Shown here one piece after another: positions 10,932 through 24,900 of a stretch of 64,000 nucleotides of DNA (its first letter is position 1; the number at the start of each line of letters is the position of its first letter). Where the stretch lies: the NCBI GenBank assembly GCA_964252035.1, contig OZ176201.1; one strand, 5' to 3'. Under the pieces are notes generated by a model. That model was not told where the DNA came from. It was given only the letters and a program-made list of their open reading frames with translations, and did not search any database. The stretch is from Podarcis erhardii. Lineage: Eukaryota. The position numbers and the translations under genes were made by a program.

Positions 10932-13900
10932 ATAGAGACCTGTCCAACTAGTCCACATAGAAAAATTACAAGCAACATTCAGCAACAATGATATGCCTGC
11001 TTCTTAGCCTCAAAACCACAGGCACACTCCGATTCTCTACCAGCAAAGTTGTACTGCACAAAATGATACAAGGCAGCCTGGCCATGCTTGGAAGCAGTAG
11101 TTTACTGCTAAACTTTAAAGTATGGTGGGAGAGGGGCTCTGGCTTCAGTTAAAATGAGGACAACCTATCCTGAATTATGCTGGATTTAGCCTTCTGCCCC
11201 CCTGCGATAGTAACACAGACAATCCTACAGCTGCTGGCACATCCTTCCACAGCCTGTCAGAGTAGAAAGGGAACAAGTCAGCATTTGGTTAAAGGAAAGA
11301 ACTGACAAGCCAGCTGGTTAACAGGGTTGGTAACCTCTCTCAGCAGGGAAGGAGGGAAAATTCCACCAGGGGCAGCATCTCTGTTCCATTCATGGCTGAG
11401 CTTGTGCTGTGAGCTACAAAGCCCCCCTCCCAGTCAAATCAGCACAAGCAAAGTGGATTAGACTGAGCCCTGGCACCAGGAAAAACGCGATGGGCAAAAG
11501 AATTGGGATTGGTAACTGGGGGCAAGTGGATGAAGCAAGCAGCAGGTGCCCCGTAAGCAGCTCTGCAAGCCTGCTGTGCTCTAGCAATGTACCCCCTGAG
11601 GGGGAGAACAAAATAAAATGAGTCACAGCTTTCACATTGAGCTTGCTGCTGCCTGGGCCCCCGATGACACTAGTTTCCGACATGGTGTGGCTTGTGTCCA
11701 GCTCCTCGCTAAAAATATCTCAGGCATGCACCATTGGGAGTATATGAGCAGAAGAGGGCAGGGGTCCCCAGGCTGCCATCGGCTCACGGCCCTTACTGTG
11801 CAATTAAAATAAGCAGCAGACTTGGTGTTTGTAAACTCTTCTTTTAAACTCTTGTTTAGAGAAGAGAAGGCCAAGTCAGCCAGGAGTCATCTTTCTTGGA
11901 AATTTAAAAACAACAACAGGGGGGAAAAACCTTCATGCATGGCCAATTTACACAGCCCAGGCCATCTGGGAAATAGCTGTACAATAAGCTGAGCAATGAG
12001 CAGAGCTAGGATACGGCCTATTTAAGCCAGGAACACCTGTGGTGCTGGAAAGACGTCTCCAGAGAAAGGACTGCATCAATAAAGAATAGAAAATAGAATC
12101 CACCAAATCCTTACCTACTACCCTGTAGGAGTTTGGTTGCCATTGCCTTCTCAACCTCCGTTCTTACAAGGATTTTAAATGCGGTGTTGAGGATAGATGC
12201 ATATCCTTTGAGTGCAGGGCCAAGGCTCTGTTCTTCACTGTGCTGTTAACCAGCCACCAGGTGGCATTGCAGCACTTCAGGCAGCTGAGAAACTGGCAAG
12301 GGTCACAATCAGGGAGGAGGCACAAACCTCTTGTATTTCCTCCGCAACGTTACTAGTTACGCATTTATAAACACGTTATTTGAGGGCTCTTAACTGCACC
12401 TAAATGTTGTAACATGGATGCAGCGCCACACACACAAACCAAGAAATCTTGCTCACTGTAAAATTCCCAGACATGTAGCAAAACCTTTTAAGTTCTTTAG
12501 GAATTATTGCTTGGACCGACAATATCTGATTGCAATTGCCCAGAGGTTTGACCGCAAGACAATCTCTCCCCACAAATGCTAGGAGTTGCTTTCTTACTCA
12601 CAATACGTCAAAGACTTGGGAACAGAGGAAAATTCAATAAATTCACTGAGAGTTCCCCTCGTTCACCTTCCCATCCTCTCCAGATGTCCACAGGCCCTGA
12701 ACAAATATGTTTGATATGGTCCTTCATTCTTTGAAAGTATCTAAGCCTAGACCAGGTCATTCTAGTTTCAACCCCTCTCTGGAGCAAAGTTTGTCATTAT
12801 TATTATTATTAAAATCTTACTTTTGAAGTGGGGCTAGAAAGCTTATGGGGTTTACCTGTTACATCTGAGTTTAATATTGAAGATTTACGAGGTTTAATCT
12901 CTGCTTTTTGTGAAGGGTGTGACCCATCCAGTCACTTTCCTCCTTTGCAAGATTTAATTCATTTCCCCCTCTATCCAGTTTTATGGCCACCCTGGCAGGG
13001 CACATTTCTGCACAACTTGCCTTTATCACAAAGATACCCATGCACTACATATGGATGCACTTACACCCAGGATTCGCCATGAACAAACTGCCACCCCAGA
13101 AAACTCCCCCAAAGCTCAGAAATATGGTTTCACCATATTAATGTTTGGAAGACTAGCTATTAGAACAGCATATGTTTCCTCTCCCTCTTCAGCTCTATCC
13201 TCAGGAGTTTTGGGTTTCTATGTGGAATACTTTTTTTTAAAAAAAGGTCTTTTGAAAACATATTTTTTTATTTTTCCACGTACTGCTGCCAAAGTGCCTT
13301 TCAACAAAGAGGATGACTAACCAGAGTCTCCATGAAAGAAGGATTTTTCCAAGGAAGGCTGAAGGTGGCAGGACGGTGATACCACCTTTTGGGATAGGAA
13401 CCCCCAGACTCACTCCTCACCCCTGCTCCTTCCCCAAAAATAAATAAAAATGACAATTGATTGGTGGGAAGGCAGTGGGAATTGCTAGGCTCCTACTGGT
13501 GATTTGTGAGTCAAAGGGAAGTCCTGTTTGGCTGGTTCTCTTAAGTACCAAATAGGGCCTCAAATGATTTATTATTTATTTTTCATCCATTTGCTTAGTG
13601 ACCCTAATGGGCCATAACCAGAGGCATCCCTGTTGACCAAGCACCTTGGAAAAAGAAGTCTACAATATTTTACAAATGCATGGAAGTGAACTAGATCAAA
13701 GTGACTGCCTGCCTGAGACACTGACATTCCATCTGCTGTCTGGGGATGAAGGGGGGGTGCATGTGTGTCCAGGCAGCAGAGGAGAAGGAGTGGTGTGAAC
13801 AATGCATAAGAATTAAGAGATTAAACAGCCCAGGAAACTGAGACCATCTCTTGCCTTTCCCAGTCCAGGTGTGGTGCTGCGCAAGCACACTAAGGTGCAA

Positions 13901-16863
13901 GGGAAGTTTATTCCCTTTGGATGCAAACTCGTCTGATCAGAAGGCGATGGTTACCTGGGAGTATAAAGGTGTCTCCATGCCCCACCAGATTCGGCCCAAA
14001 CTTACTGCTGTTGCTTTACCTTCTTCTCCACATGCCTATTTATGCATTCACCCACATCTCCCTCAAGCCCAGACATCAGACGTGCCCAGTATGAGAAATG
14101 AGTACAATCTAGGGATGAGCAAATCTCTTCTCCCCCCCCCCCATCCCCCCATTCAATTTCATTATTATGCTGTGGTTTGGCTCTGCCCAGCATTTCATTC
14201 TGCCTGCCTTCCGGTTTAACTTGAAGAATTTCTGGGATTAATTTGGTGCATGTGCTGTATGCTGCAGTTTTCAGTTTGTATTTCTTCCCCTCTACCCTTT
14301 TTTTACAAGTTAGCACCAGGCATGAGTGTATATGTACACTGATTAAAACACAGCACAAAACAGAATATTTTTAGATATGAGCTTGTATAGTGCCCATTGT
14401 AGTTAAGACACTCTTAAAATGCAATTGGGACATAATGGTTATGAATAAAATAACAAGATATAAGCAGTTACGGGAGGGAGGGAGGGATTCAGTGAAGATT
14501 TTTAGGAGGAAATTGTCAACATTTTTGCACTTTGAAAGGAAGGAAGCAAATAAGTAGCCATCTCTTTTCATAGCCCATGAAGCAGTGGCTTCAGCACTGG
14601 TGTCTCATGGCAAACCCTGCCTTTTAGTATTCTGTGGCTATGCAATGAGCTACTTATAAACGTCCCAGAATCTCACACTCTCCAAGTCTACCAGCTCATT
14701 CCCCCCCCCCTCCCCAGGCTTCCTGTTGAAGTTAAGCAAAGTCATTAATTAATTCAACTTAGAGGCAAACCAAAGCAATTTTGGATTGAGCCAAAATAAA
14801 GGTGGTTGAAATTAAGTACCCTCTGGCATTATTCAGCTCCAAATATTTGAACAGAATTAAATTTGCTTATGAACCTTTTTTTTAAAGGTATAAATAATAG
14901 TAAGAGACAGGATTTTTCTTTGTTTTGTATTTTTAAAGACACACTCCCCCTTTTGAGCCAGCAAATTAAAATGATGATAAAAGCTCTATAGAAGCTAGTT
15001 GTCCAGATGATAGCACCCCAATTTAGCTCACAAGGGAAGTAACCATGTTCAATCTAATTAGGACCTGTTAGGATATTCAGAACTGCTATCATTCCATAAA
15101 GTTGAAGAAAACAGTCTCCTAATTGGCTTCCTGCTGGGAAGTCCGGGAAAAAGCCTTTATTGTCCCTCTGTGTAACCCACTCTGCACTTTCTTTGCAGCT
15201 GGACTGTTTTGAACACTGTGCTGCCCTCACCTAAAGGCATGGCTGCAAGAAACTTTCATGCTACTAGTACATGAATGTTACTTGGCGTATCAGGAGTTTT
15301 TCTCACAATCGTGTGTGCAAGGTCTCACATGCTTATTTGAATATCATTTGATTTTGAAGCACTCCTATCTGCAATCTGTTCTAAAACTGGAGGGGGGGGG
15401 GCTTGAAACATTTAAATACCTGCATTTAAATTTTCCTCCTGTCCATAGGTGGGACCCAAAAACTGAGAGGCAATGGGGTATGGTGCTTGTAATCTCTAAA
15501 GAATGGATTCTAGAAGAGCCAAAAGAGCAATTGCACCTGGGCTTAGATTGTGAGTTGAGAACACAACACCTTACCCTTCGGCATTAATTTAAGTGAACAG
15601 GCTCCTGGGACCTCCCCACCCCCGTTTCACTCAGCTTCAAAAAGAAACTGAGATGACATTTCTGATTTTATGAAGCATCGCCTTTTACTTTCCTAGGGAG
15701 AGTAAGGTTATGTAACAGCAGAGACAACTTAACAAAACAGAAAGTAACATCACACCTCAGTGCAAGAGAGGACAGAGAAGGTGGAAAGTACAGAAGTACA
15801 AGATGGCTTTAAGCTAGATCAGAACTGAGTACTGAGGGGAGGCAGGACTGGCATCAGAAATGGGATTATTTGGGCACCTTCAGAGACACTGCAGTTCCCC
15901 CAGGGTTCTTGATCATGCTGCTGCTCAGTGCTGTCACTGCCCCTTCACCTGCCCTCTCTGAGTATGCAAGCAGTAACAAGGGGGAGGAGGAGATGTAGGA
16001 ATATCCAGCCTTGTGCTTTCCCTCTGGGTGGTTTTGTGGGTTGGGTCCAGAGAGGGGAGAGTATGTGAATGAGCAGTAGAGATGGAAGGAAGGGTGATGT
16101 GGGCTCTCTCAGGGAGTAGGCCTACTGAAGGCATCTCTTCTCCCCCCGCTCCAAAAAAAGAGAAAAGGCTAGAGCTGGCATTGAGATGTGTGCTGTGCTG
16201 TGCTAGATATAGCCTCCCAACTCATGTTTGCGCATAGCCATGTGACTCTTCTTTGTGGCCCTGGTTATGAATATTTATTGTGGAAGAAAGGGAGGAGGGG
16301 CTTTCTCATTTAGGCTTCAGAACACATTTGCCTTTTTTGTAAAAAGCAAGTCGACACAACAAGCTTTTGCATTTGACCCTCTCAATGGGGGACTGGCAAA
16401 GAAACTAACAACAGTACTTTTTCACTAAATGTCACATACATGCACAGTCTTCACACTGTCCTTCCATGGGAAAAGGATGTGATAAATTATTCAGGGTTTA
16501 TCTCTGCAAATGCAAGTTGGAATTTTGTTTTGCTGGAGTGGGCAGGTGGCCATGGCCTGGTGAAGTGGGAGGAGATTTTGTGTACAAGGAGAGGGCCGTT
16601 TTGTTACTTGCCTGTTATTTGGTGCAATCTTGCTCCCATGAATTTGCAATAAGCTGCCTAGATACAAAGCAAAATCCCAACACGTCCCCTGAACAGAACA
16701 AACTGAGTTACTGCCAGAAATTCCCTTGTGGCAAGAAGGAAGTTGCGATGGCATGCTACCTTGAATTTAGTTCAGCATTTGCAATCACATCCAAAGTGTG
16801 CCTTAAGTTTCAAATGAGCAGAATGTGGTGCTGCTGCTGGAAATTCTGATTCAGTGAGGAAAC

Positions 16864-16879
16864 GGGGGGGGGGGGGGGG
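16864..16879 (+). repeat. G16 homopolymer
   Basis: Seen directly; homopolymer length may be unreliable in the assembly. Confidence 0.9.
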
Positions 16880-17500
16880 AGAGGCAGAGGAATCTTTTCC
16901 AGAGACCTCCAGCAATCAGCATAGTTCATCATGTGCATACATGACCAATAGGCATACCAGCAGTTTAAAGGCTACATTTTAAAGTTCTGCTAGAATATAA
17001 ACAGACCATGGCCAGGATTAGCCTGAGAATGAGATTAGGCTGAGAAAGCGATTGATTTTGTTACCAGTAAAACCAATAGTAAGGGAGCTAGAAGAAACAA
17101 GGGTGATATGCACAAGCCTAAGCAGGACATTCCCAATCTGGGGAGAACGAAATGCTGCCCAAGAGCAAACCTTAAGTGCTTCTGCCCCCAAGCATCTGCA
17201 GATGCATAAATAGTGTTAATGATAACAATTATTTTGAACTTCAGGCTTCTCAGATATGCCCAATGGTATAATAGTTAGACTCAAGTTGTATAGATTTTTG
17301 TACCACTATTTAAGCAAAGAAGGTACAGTCAGCAGTAATCTGGATAAATACTCAGAGGTTAACCATTGCTTATTTTTTTCAAGGGAGGGATCTGGTGTCA
17401 AAGAATGTTGTATAGAATTCTAACCTAGGCTGCATATGCACCATTCATTCAAAGCACACACATCCTTCCCCCCAAAGAAGAATCCTAGGAATGGTAGTTT

Positions 17501-17704
17501 TTTAAGGGTGTTAGGAACTAACAGTTCTTTAAGGGGTAAATACAATTTCCAGGATTCTTGAATCCAGGAATTTAGGGTGTCTAGCACCCACAAACTCTTA
17601 ACTTTAAGGGTGTTAGGAACTAACAGTTCTTTAAGGGGTAAATACAATTTCCAGGATTCTTGAATCCAGGAATTTAGGGTGTCTAGCACCCACAAACTCT
17701 TAAC
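17501..17704. repeat. Perfect tandem duplication, 2 x 102 bp
   Basis: 17501-17602 is identical to 17603-17704 when read base by base. Confidence 0.95.
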
Positions 17705-18028
17705 ATTCTCAAATACCTCCTGATCATTTCTACAGTGTTCTTAAACAGTAAGCAAAGTTAAACGCACCATACTCTTACGAATAAGTTGGGCATGCCTCAG
17801 GTACAGAATAGCCTATTAGTTCCTGTTGATGTCCTTTTAGTTCCTGTTCTATGGTTTTATGCACAGTTGTACATATTTTGACATGAATGGTCAAATGCAA
17901 ACTAGTTAGGTTTCACATCTGTGACCATCTCTGTGTCCTCAGATGAAGCAAAGGATAATTGATGGCATATTACGTGATTGCTGACTTTTGCTGGAAAACC
18001 ACTGACAAATCACATCAGAAAGGAATGC

Positions 18029-18029
<1 letters not shown>

Positions 18030-18074
<45 letters not shown>
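18030..18074. repeat. (AAT)n microsatellite, about 14-15 units
   Basis: Seen directly. Confidence 0.95.
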
Positions 18075-18075
<1 letters not shown>

Positions 18076-18871
18076 CCATCAAGCAGCTTTTGCAAATTGG
18101 CAAACAAGGAAGTTTCCCTTCCTTTTCCCACTTTTCCTGCTTCTCTCACACTTTTGCTTTTTGCTTTGAACAGAATACACTGCCAAAAATACAAAACCTC
18201 CTGCTTTCTGCTGGGGCCTGGCTTCACTCTGGATTGAAGTTCCTAAGTGGAACTGACCACAAAGGAGTTTGCATTCCATGCTGATTCAGACAATCCCTGC
18301 TGCCAAACACTTGTGCACTCCCAATTGTTCCTTGGCAGTCATGGCTTTACTAGTCCTGCACCTGATGTCATATGCTATCATGTGAGTGGCAGGTGGGTGT
18401 GGCCAGCCAAAGCAGCCATATTTGGCTGGACTGATGGGCCTAATTTGGCCTACAGCATGAAGGTCTCTCTCCCTTCCCACACATACACAAAATATTAGAT
18501 AAAAACCACCAACCAAATTGCCAGTGAGGCATTTACCATAATGTAGTTAGACCGTCAGTGAGTGACAAACTGAGTGGTCATTTGACGCTCTCTGAGCAAA
18601 ACCAAACTGTCTACCTGCCACACCACTCCCACACCTTCCCAGTATTTATGCCCCTCTGCTGCACCCTTTGGCAGGGGCTTCCCAGGACTCCAGAAACAAA
18701 GGGTCCCAAATCCTGCTTACCACAAATGCAGGCCCAGGCCCATCAATTCTAGAGAGGAATCCAATGGCATTTCAGAAAACAAATTGAACTTAAATTGAAA
18801 TTTCTGACATAAACAGAGGCAGATGCACACTAACTCTAGGGTGCCCTCGGGGAGGAGAGATGGTAGCTCAC

Positions 18872-18946
18872 CATAGTCCTTTTTGCAATACTTCTTCATG
18901 TTGATCTTCAGTTTCCCTTTGGATGCCTTGCAGTATGAATCACAGT
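18872..18946 (-). CDS. NTN1: Netrin-1 coding exon (exon 6), start of NTR/C345C domain
   Basis: Translates as (D)[24 protein letters not shown](A). Acceptor cccctgaag|AC and donor TATG|gtgagc. 75 bp, phase 1-1. Confidence 0.97.
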
Positions 18947-21900
18947 CTTCAGGGGAGCCGAGGAGGAAGAGACAGAAGAAAACATTAACAAAACAAATTA
19001 GTCTTAAAATGAATGAAAGACTTGGGAAAAGAAGGGAGTGTGTGTGTGAGGGGAGAAGCGAACAGTGAAAGCTGTAGCCCGCTATGAATAAGCAGCATGC
19101 CTGTGATATCCATCTGCCAGGACCTGATTGGGTCATCTAATGGGGGCATTCACTGAAAACCTTCCTTTCTAAAGAAAGTAACTCACAAAAGAAGCTATCC
19201 TCCTCTCCCTTTCCCTCCCCTCCTATCCCCGCCTGACAAATTCTTTAAGCTGTCCTCTGCAGGCTGCCACAACTTGGTTGCCTCCATGGGAGACCCCAGG
19301 GCCTCGCTTATTGTGCCACCCAGATCTTTAGAGAGCCACAGCCCCCCCCCCCAGTTCTTAAACTGCAAACTGGAGTCTGATTAAAGCCCACAGAGGCCTC
19401 TTTGTCACCCCCTAACCCAGACCTGTGTCAGGCTTTGGCATTCATAGCAAAGGGATTCTGGCTGGGGTCACTCCTCAACAAAAGGGGTCAGGGAGGAAAT
19501 TAGCAGCCTATGAAGCATTAGCAAAGCCTTTGGCGTCCACTCTACTGGAGTGTGCAAATAAAATGCCCCAGTGGGACTGCTTCATTTCTATGGGCCTTAC
19601 TGCTGTGATACGATGGATTTACTCCTCCTGAACATCATCCTGTGTTCCAGTGCCACTAATGTAATGCTGCGTTGAGTTTTTGGCACTGCCTCCATCCTGC
19701 TTTGGCTGTGCTAGAACTATTTTCATGCCACTTTTGAGCACTGGGAGTGCAGCTTGACCCTGAGCATGAAAAACTGTTATTTGCTGTGGCATTTCTTTCT
19801 TTCTCTCTCTCTCCAGTCTGGCAAGGCTGGGCTGCACATAGCTCAGCCTGCACTATGTTTCCCAGGTATGCCAGAGTATAGTGTTTCTACAGCAGTGTTC
19901 CTGCTTATCCAATTGGTGCACAGATGGGTCAGGAATTATACTTTGCTGTTAGGAAAACATATGATGATGGGCAACTTGCTTTTCTGCAGTGATTGATAAA
20001 TATTATTTCATTATGTGTTCATGTCCTGCTCTTTCTTTAGAATGCTCAAATCAGCTAACATAAGTTTCCTACATATGACTGATCATATTCACCTCTTGCT
20101 TGTCTGCAAGCAGTATGCTCAAGAACGAGAGGCCCTATGACCACATAGGGGACTATACAATGGAAATGAGCAACTACAGCAATATTATTTACTGATATCC
20201 CTCCTTCCTAGCCAGAACAGCATCCTTTAAGGTTATAAATCCATATAGTATAATTACCTACCTGATTGTGTTGCAAACAGGATGTACAGATAAAGGAAAT
20301 AAAAAATACTTAGAAATTTTCATATTTATACTCATGAACAATGGAGGAAGGGAAAAGTCGAGCCCCACCACATTCACACCTACAACCTCCCTCTGCCCTT
20401 CTTTTCCACCACTGCCTAATGCAGAGCTTTGCCTACCGATTAAAATATAGTTCAGTACAAATACAGTTCAACAGCTCTAATTATTGCCTAAGATAAGAGT
20501 GTATTCCTTGTGGAAAGACATTGGCCACATTAGGATTAGGAGGACCAGAAATGGAGAAGGAAGGCAGCCCCATACGGACAGTTAAAGCAATCTGTCCATT
20601 GCTATAAAGCAAACATCATGAAGGGTTGGGTGCTTCTTTCAGCCTGACTAATGCTCCTTGTTGTTCCTGGTCCATCTCTGACCATACAGTGAATTGTTCT
20701 GGGCCCATCTCACACTAATATATTTGTCCTTGAACTATTTACTGTGGAATAGTTCTGTGGATCTACTGACAATATATTCTAAAAAAAGACTCATCTCACC
20801 TAACCTCAGTTAACCACTAGCAAAGGCTGCAATTCAGTTACATTAAATGGGGGTCTTGCCATTGTCTTCTGTAAGAGTAGGGCTGCATTATTATAGTCAT
20901 TTTCCAAGTCCTGGAGGAAAAGTTGAATTCTCTATCCCAAGTCAGAGCAAAAGCTTGAATGTGTGTTACCAGGTTGGCTAGAGCCCCCATCCACTGTGTT
21001 GAACACTGTTCTGACTGCTTCCAATTACTGATCCATCAACAGAAGCTGAGAGCATGCTTGGAAGCAGCAACAAAGAAAAGTAAGACAGGCATTTTCAACC
21101 AAGAGATGATAAAAGCAATTTTGGGTCAGTTTGGGGTTGAAACAAAGGTACTTGTATAATGTATCACGATGTATAATTGAATAATAAGTCAAGCTTTCGT
21201 TTAAGTTCTAAATGGAATTGTGGTTCAAATTCGTGTTTCCTTTTTGTTTATTTCTACCTTTCCCCAATACCTAAGAATATGCACTTTCTGAAGGAAAATT
21301 TATTTCTTATTTTTTCTATGTTTTCCCCTCTGCATGCCATTTCCTTTGTTGTGACAATAAAAGTACATTGTCTCAATTGAGTTGATAAATCACTAATATT
21401 TCTGGCTGATCCCCTAGGAACCAAGGCAAGGCTCAGAGTGTTGCATACAATACTGAGGTGGTGAGTGATCTCCCAGGCTTTAGGCCTTGGACTGCTGCTT
21501 GAGAAAATGAAATGTACACTGGCAATACCCCAACGGAACCTTATTTCTGCATGGAACTTCTGGCGTTATTGCTTCTAACTGTTTAGCATCACTGGTCTCA
21601 AGCTGAGCAATACTCTTCCAACAGAGATTCAGGATACACCCTTGCTTTTGACTTTCAGGCATCTCTTGAAGACTTGTTTAAGATTTCACTGATGGCAATT
21701 TCACTTGCCATTTCAATGTAACCCTTGAGAAGGGTGGAAGAGTACAACTCCAAATACTTTTCACTAGTATTCCTGCTTTCCTCATCTTGCCTCAAACTAC
21801 ATGTAGCCCCTTCACAATTGACACAGAAATTATCTAGCAACAACAGAGTGCATTTAGGTTATCTATTAAGGACAGTGTTGCTAACCTGTATGGCAATGTA

Positions 21901-24900
21901 TGTCCACGAAACTGTCTGCAACAGCAATTAATATCAGCCAAAAATGTATAAATAATCACAGGAAAATTGAAAAGTGAATTATTCGCTTGTTGCACTTTCA
22001 ACTTCTGACTCTGAGCACAGCTCAGCATTTATGCACAGAACCAAAACAGGACTACAGATGTGCTGTAGTAGATGATGCTTCTATCCCCCATTTCCTTCAC
22101 TGTAACACAAGGCATGTACAGCATATTCACTCTCCTGCATCTTGATTCTCTCTCTGTTTTGACCAAGCACTCTTCTGGGGGTGGGGGGGATGTGAGAGAA
22201 GCTTTGTGGAGTGTGTCTACTGCCCTGACCAAGGCCAAAGTACCAGGGCTCAGCAAGTGGAAGTCCACTTGTGCAGTTTGTAAGAAGAGCAAGGCTCTCC
22301 AGGAGCTGGGGTACCACAGGGGAACACAACACACATAAACCTCCCCAGATTGGAGAAAATGTTAGTCTTATTTAAACAAACAAACAAACAACCTTGGCAA
22401 GCTGCAACCTCAAACCCAGCAATCTCTTGTCCAGTCAAAACAAAACAGATTTGGGAAATGGTACCTTTAATATATATATAATTTTAAAATCCTTAAAGCA
22501 GGATAAAAAGGTGTGGCGGCTGTTTTGTCTCCTTTGCAGCTTCAGAACATGTCAGGAGCATTTCCCCCCCTCCCCTTTCATATCTGTTAGCTTAGTTATT
22601 TTCTGAACACTTCCTTCACAAATCAGTGCACTCACCTTTTTTAGTGCTTCTTTTATTTGCACAGTGTGGACAGCATTAAAAACCTGTCATTGGGGTTTCC
22701 ATGTGCTGGGCAGCAACTGACACACAGCCTTGCCTGAAAAACCTCCCTGCCCTGATCCTTCTATGGTCTACTAATCCTTGAACAAGGAATTCCCAGCATG
22801 CTGCTGTCTGTGCTCACAGGATGGTGTTCATGTGGAGATGGAGATCATAGGATAATCAGAATGCCTGGCACTAAAACCACACAGCACTAAACACTTCTTG
22901 AGCAACGGTGCTAGAGCTATTTGGAGCCTATGACAAAGTGCACTTCTTGTGTCAGCTGGGATGCATCATCCCAGATGGAATGCCAGATGCTTGAGAGACA
23001 AAGTGGACATGTTTGCAGTACATGATATTCTGGTTGTATTTTGTGGGAGATTGGTTCATATTGTTCACAGCACATCTGTTTTATTCCTTCTTCTGCTTCA
23101 TGTTTTATTTCCCTATGTATGCACATTTCTTGGGGTTCATTTCTCAGGGCTGCTTTCCAGTTGCCCACTCAGAATGGTCATCATCAATAGCATCATCTTG
23201 ATTTCTCAGAACTATTCAGCACTGTTGCACTTGTGTCTGATTCAGGAACAGAACGTATCTCACAGAGAGACAAACTGGGATGGGGAGAACACAGCAGCAT
23301 GATGTCTCCGGGTTGTGTGGCAGCTACTATGGCTTTCCCATTATGAGCTCCAACATAAAATTTGCCATACAGTTTTAAGCAGGATAACATGCTTAGGTGA
23401 GACAGAACACTACAGATAATCTCCAAGTCACATGAAAGTTACCTGTGAAGCAGACTTCAGAGCTGATCTTTTGGAGGAGTTGGCTCTGTTTCTACAGCTG
23501 GATGAATCAAACACCCTAAATAAGAACATTGCTTAAACATTTTCCATGCCTGCAAAATTCCTTGTTCTCTTGTGCTACTACGTCACACCCAGTGTGTAGG
23601 AGCAGGCAGCACCTGTCTCCTGAAAAGATCGAACAACTAAAGATGACAAGAAAACTACCAGTGGGTACCATGAGCACACTTCATTAAAGAGGGATCAATG
23701 CATTTGCTTGGGTAGCTACTAAGCTCTATACAGTACAACACATAGCGAAAATATGGGCCAACGAGTCAACAGACAGCGTAATTGCAAGTTAATCCAGTCT
23801 CTGTGGAACTGCATGCTCCAGCTGCTTTGAGTTCCAGCTGCAAAGCCAGGTCTCCAAACCCCTTTATAAGAAGCTGCTTGACCCCAAATCCTGCAGCAGG
23901 CCACAATTTCAGCATGAGGTATAGAATGTAAGAGAAAGAGAAGGAGAAATGGTGTCATTGAACAATGGGCCAGAACTGTAATAAAATTCTGCTCTGAGGA
24001 GCAGGAAAAGAACTAGTAAAATTACCCATTCTCCATAGCTGATCACATCAAAGTGTTAAAAAGGAATGAGACACGAGGGTTGACTTTAGGTTTCCACTAA
24101 ATCCCAAAACAAATTCCAGTATGGAGAATAGCCATTTCCAGATAAACCATCTGAACATTTTCAGACGTTTCTCCAAAACACAAATATGAGCCACATGGCC
24201 CTCCATAATCATGCAGCCAGTGCTGGAGAGAAAGGGTGCAATGAGGAGTCAAAAGCTAAAGCAGGAAACACCTCACAGGTAGGTTACCTGGGGTATTGCT
24301 TTTGCTAACCTTGTTCTTTTACTAACAGAATATCTGGCACCATTTCTATCTCCCATGTTAAAATACAATTCAGATAAAGTAGGCCAATCAGTTAGTGACG
24401 GTTCCTTACTCTTGCTACAAGAACTCAGTGATACGCAGGTCCCATCCCATCCTACAATTCTATGATTTTATGTTCAGGCTCAATCTGTCCTTGGAGTGAG
24501 TTTATTGGTTTTAATATCTTCAAGATCAACTTCAGAGCAGCAAATGGTTCCATGGGTGACAGTAAAAATGCTTTTGCAGAGCCAGTGTCTGCTTTCTCTG
24601 CCAAGTAGCTACAATTTCCTCCAAATGTTTTGCTGCTTCAAGCCTTTCATTGATTGAGCCTGCCTTTATCTTTGCAACCTTGAGGTGACGGGTCACTGAG
24701 GGGCTGGGGGCTGGAGATGCTGTTCCCACTGCAGAAAATGGCATGCATTGGTTCTGCCTTGGTACCACAATTCAGCACAAAGCCTGGGTGGATCTATCAG
24801 ACAGAACGCTAAACTCAGTTTTATTTGTTCCTTTGACTCTGATATTATTTTATTATACCTCTCTTTAAATTTTAAAAAAGCGAAAGTTTTGTCAGTGGTG

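Noticed and set aside
11610-11830. Possible enhancer or cryptic exon around an AP-1 site (TGAGTCA at 11619-11625)
   Set aside because: A single short motif with no conservation data and no convincing splice-site pair.
17420-17695. ORF with a repeated 34-aa unit
   Set aside because: A by-product of the 102-bp DNA duplication; no splice or homology support.
17959-18237. Poly-Asn, poly-Ile and poly-Leu ORFs (also at 55576-55901)
   Set aside because: Translations of (AAT)n microsatellites.
21480-21843. Possible processed pseudogene or extra exon (protein-like ORFs ending SEIAISEILNKSSRDA and starting MPESQKQG)
   Set aside because: The two frames are separated by stops, no family was recognised and there is no poly(A)/TSD evidence. 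A BLASTX search would settle it.
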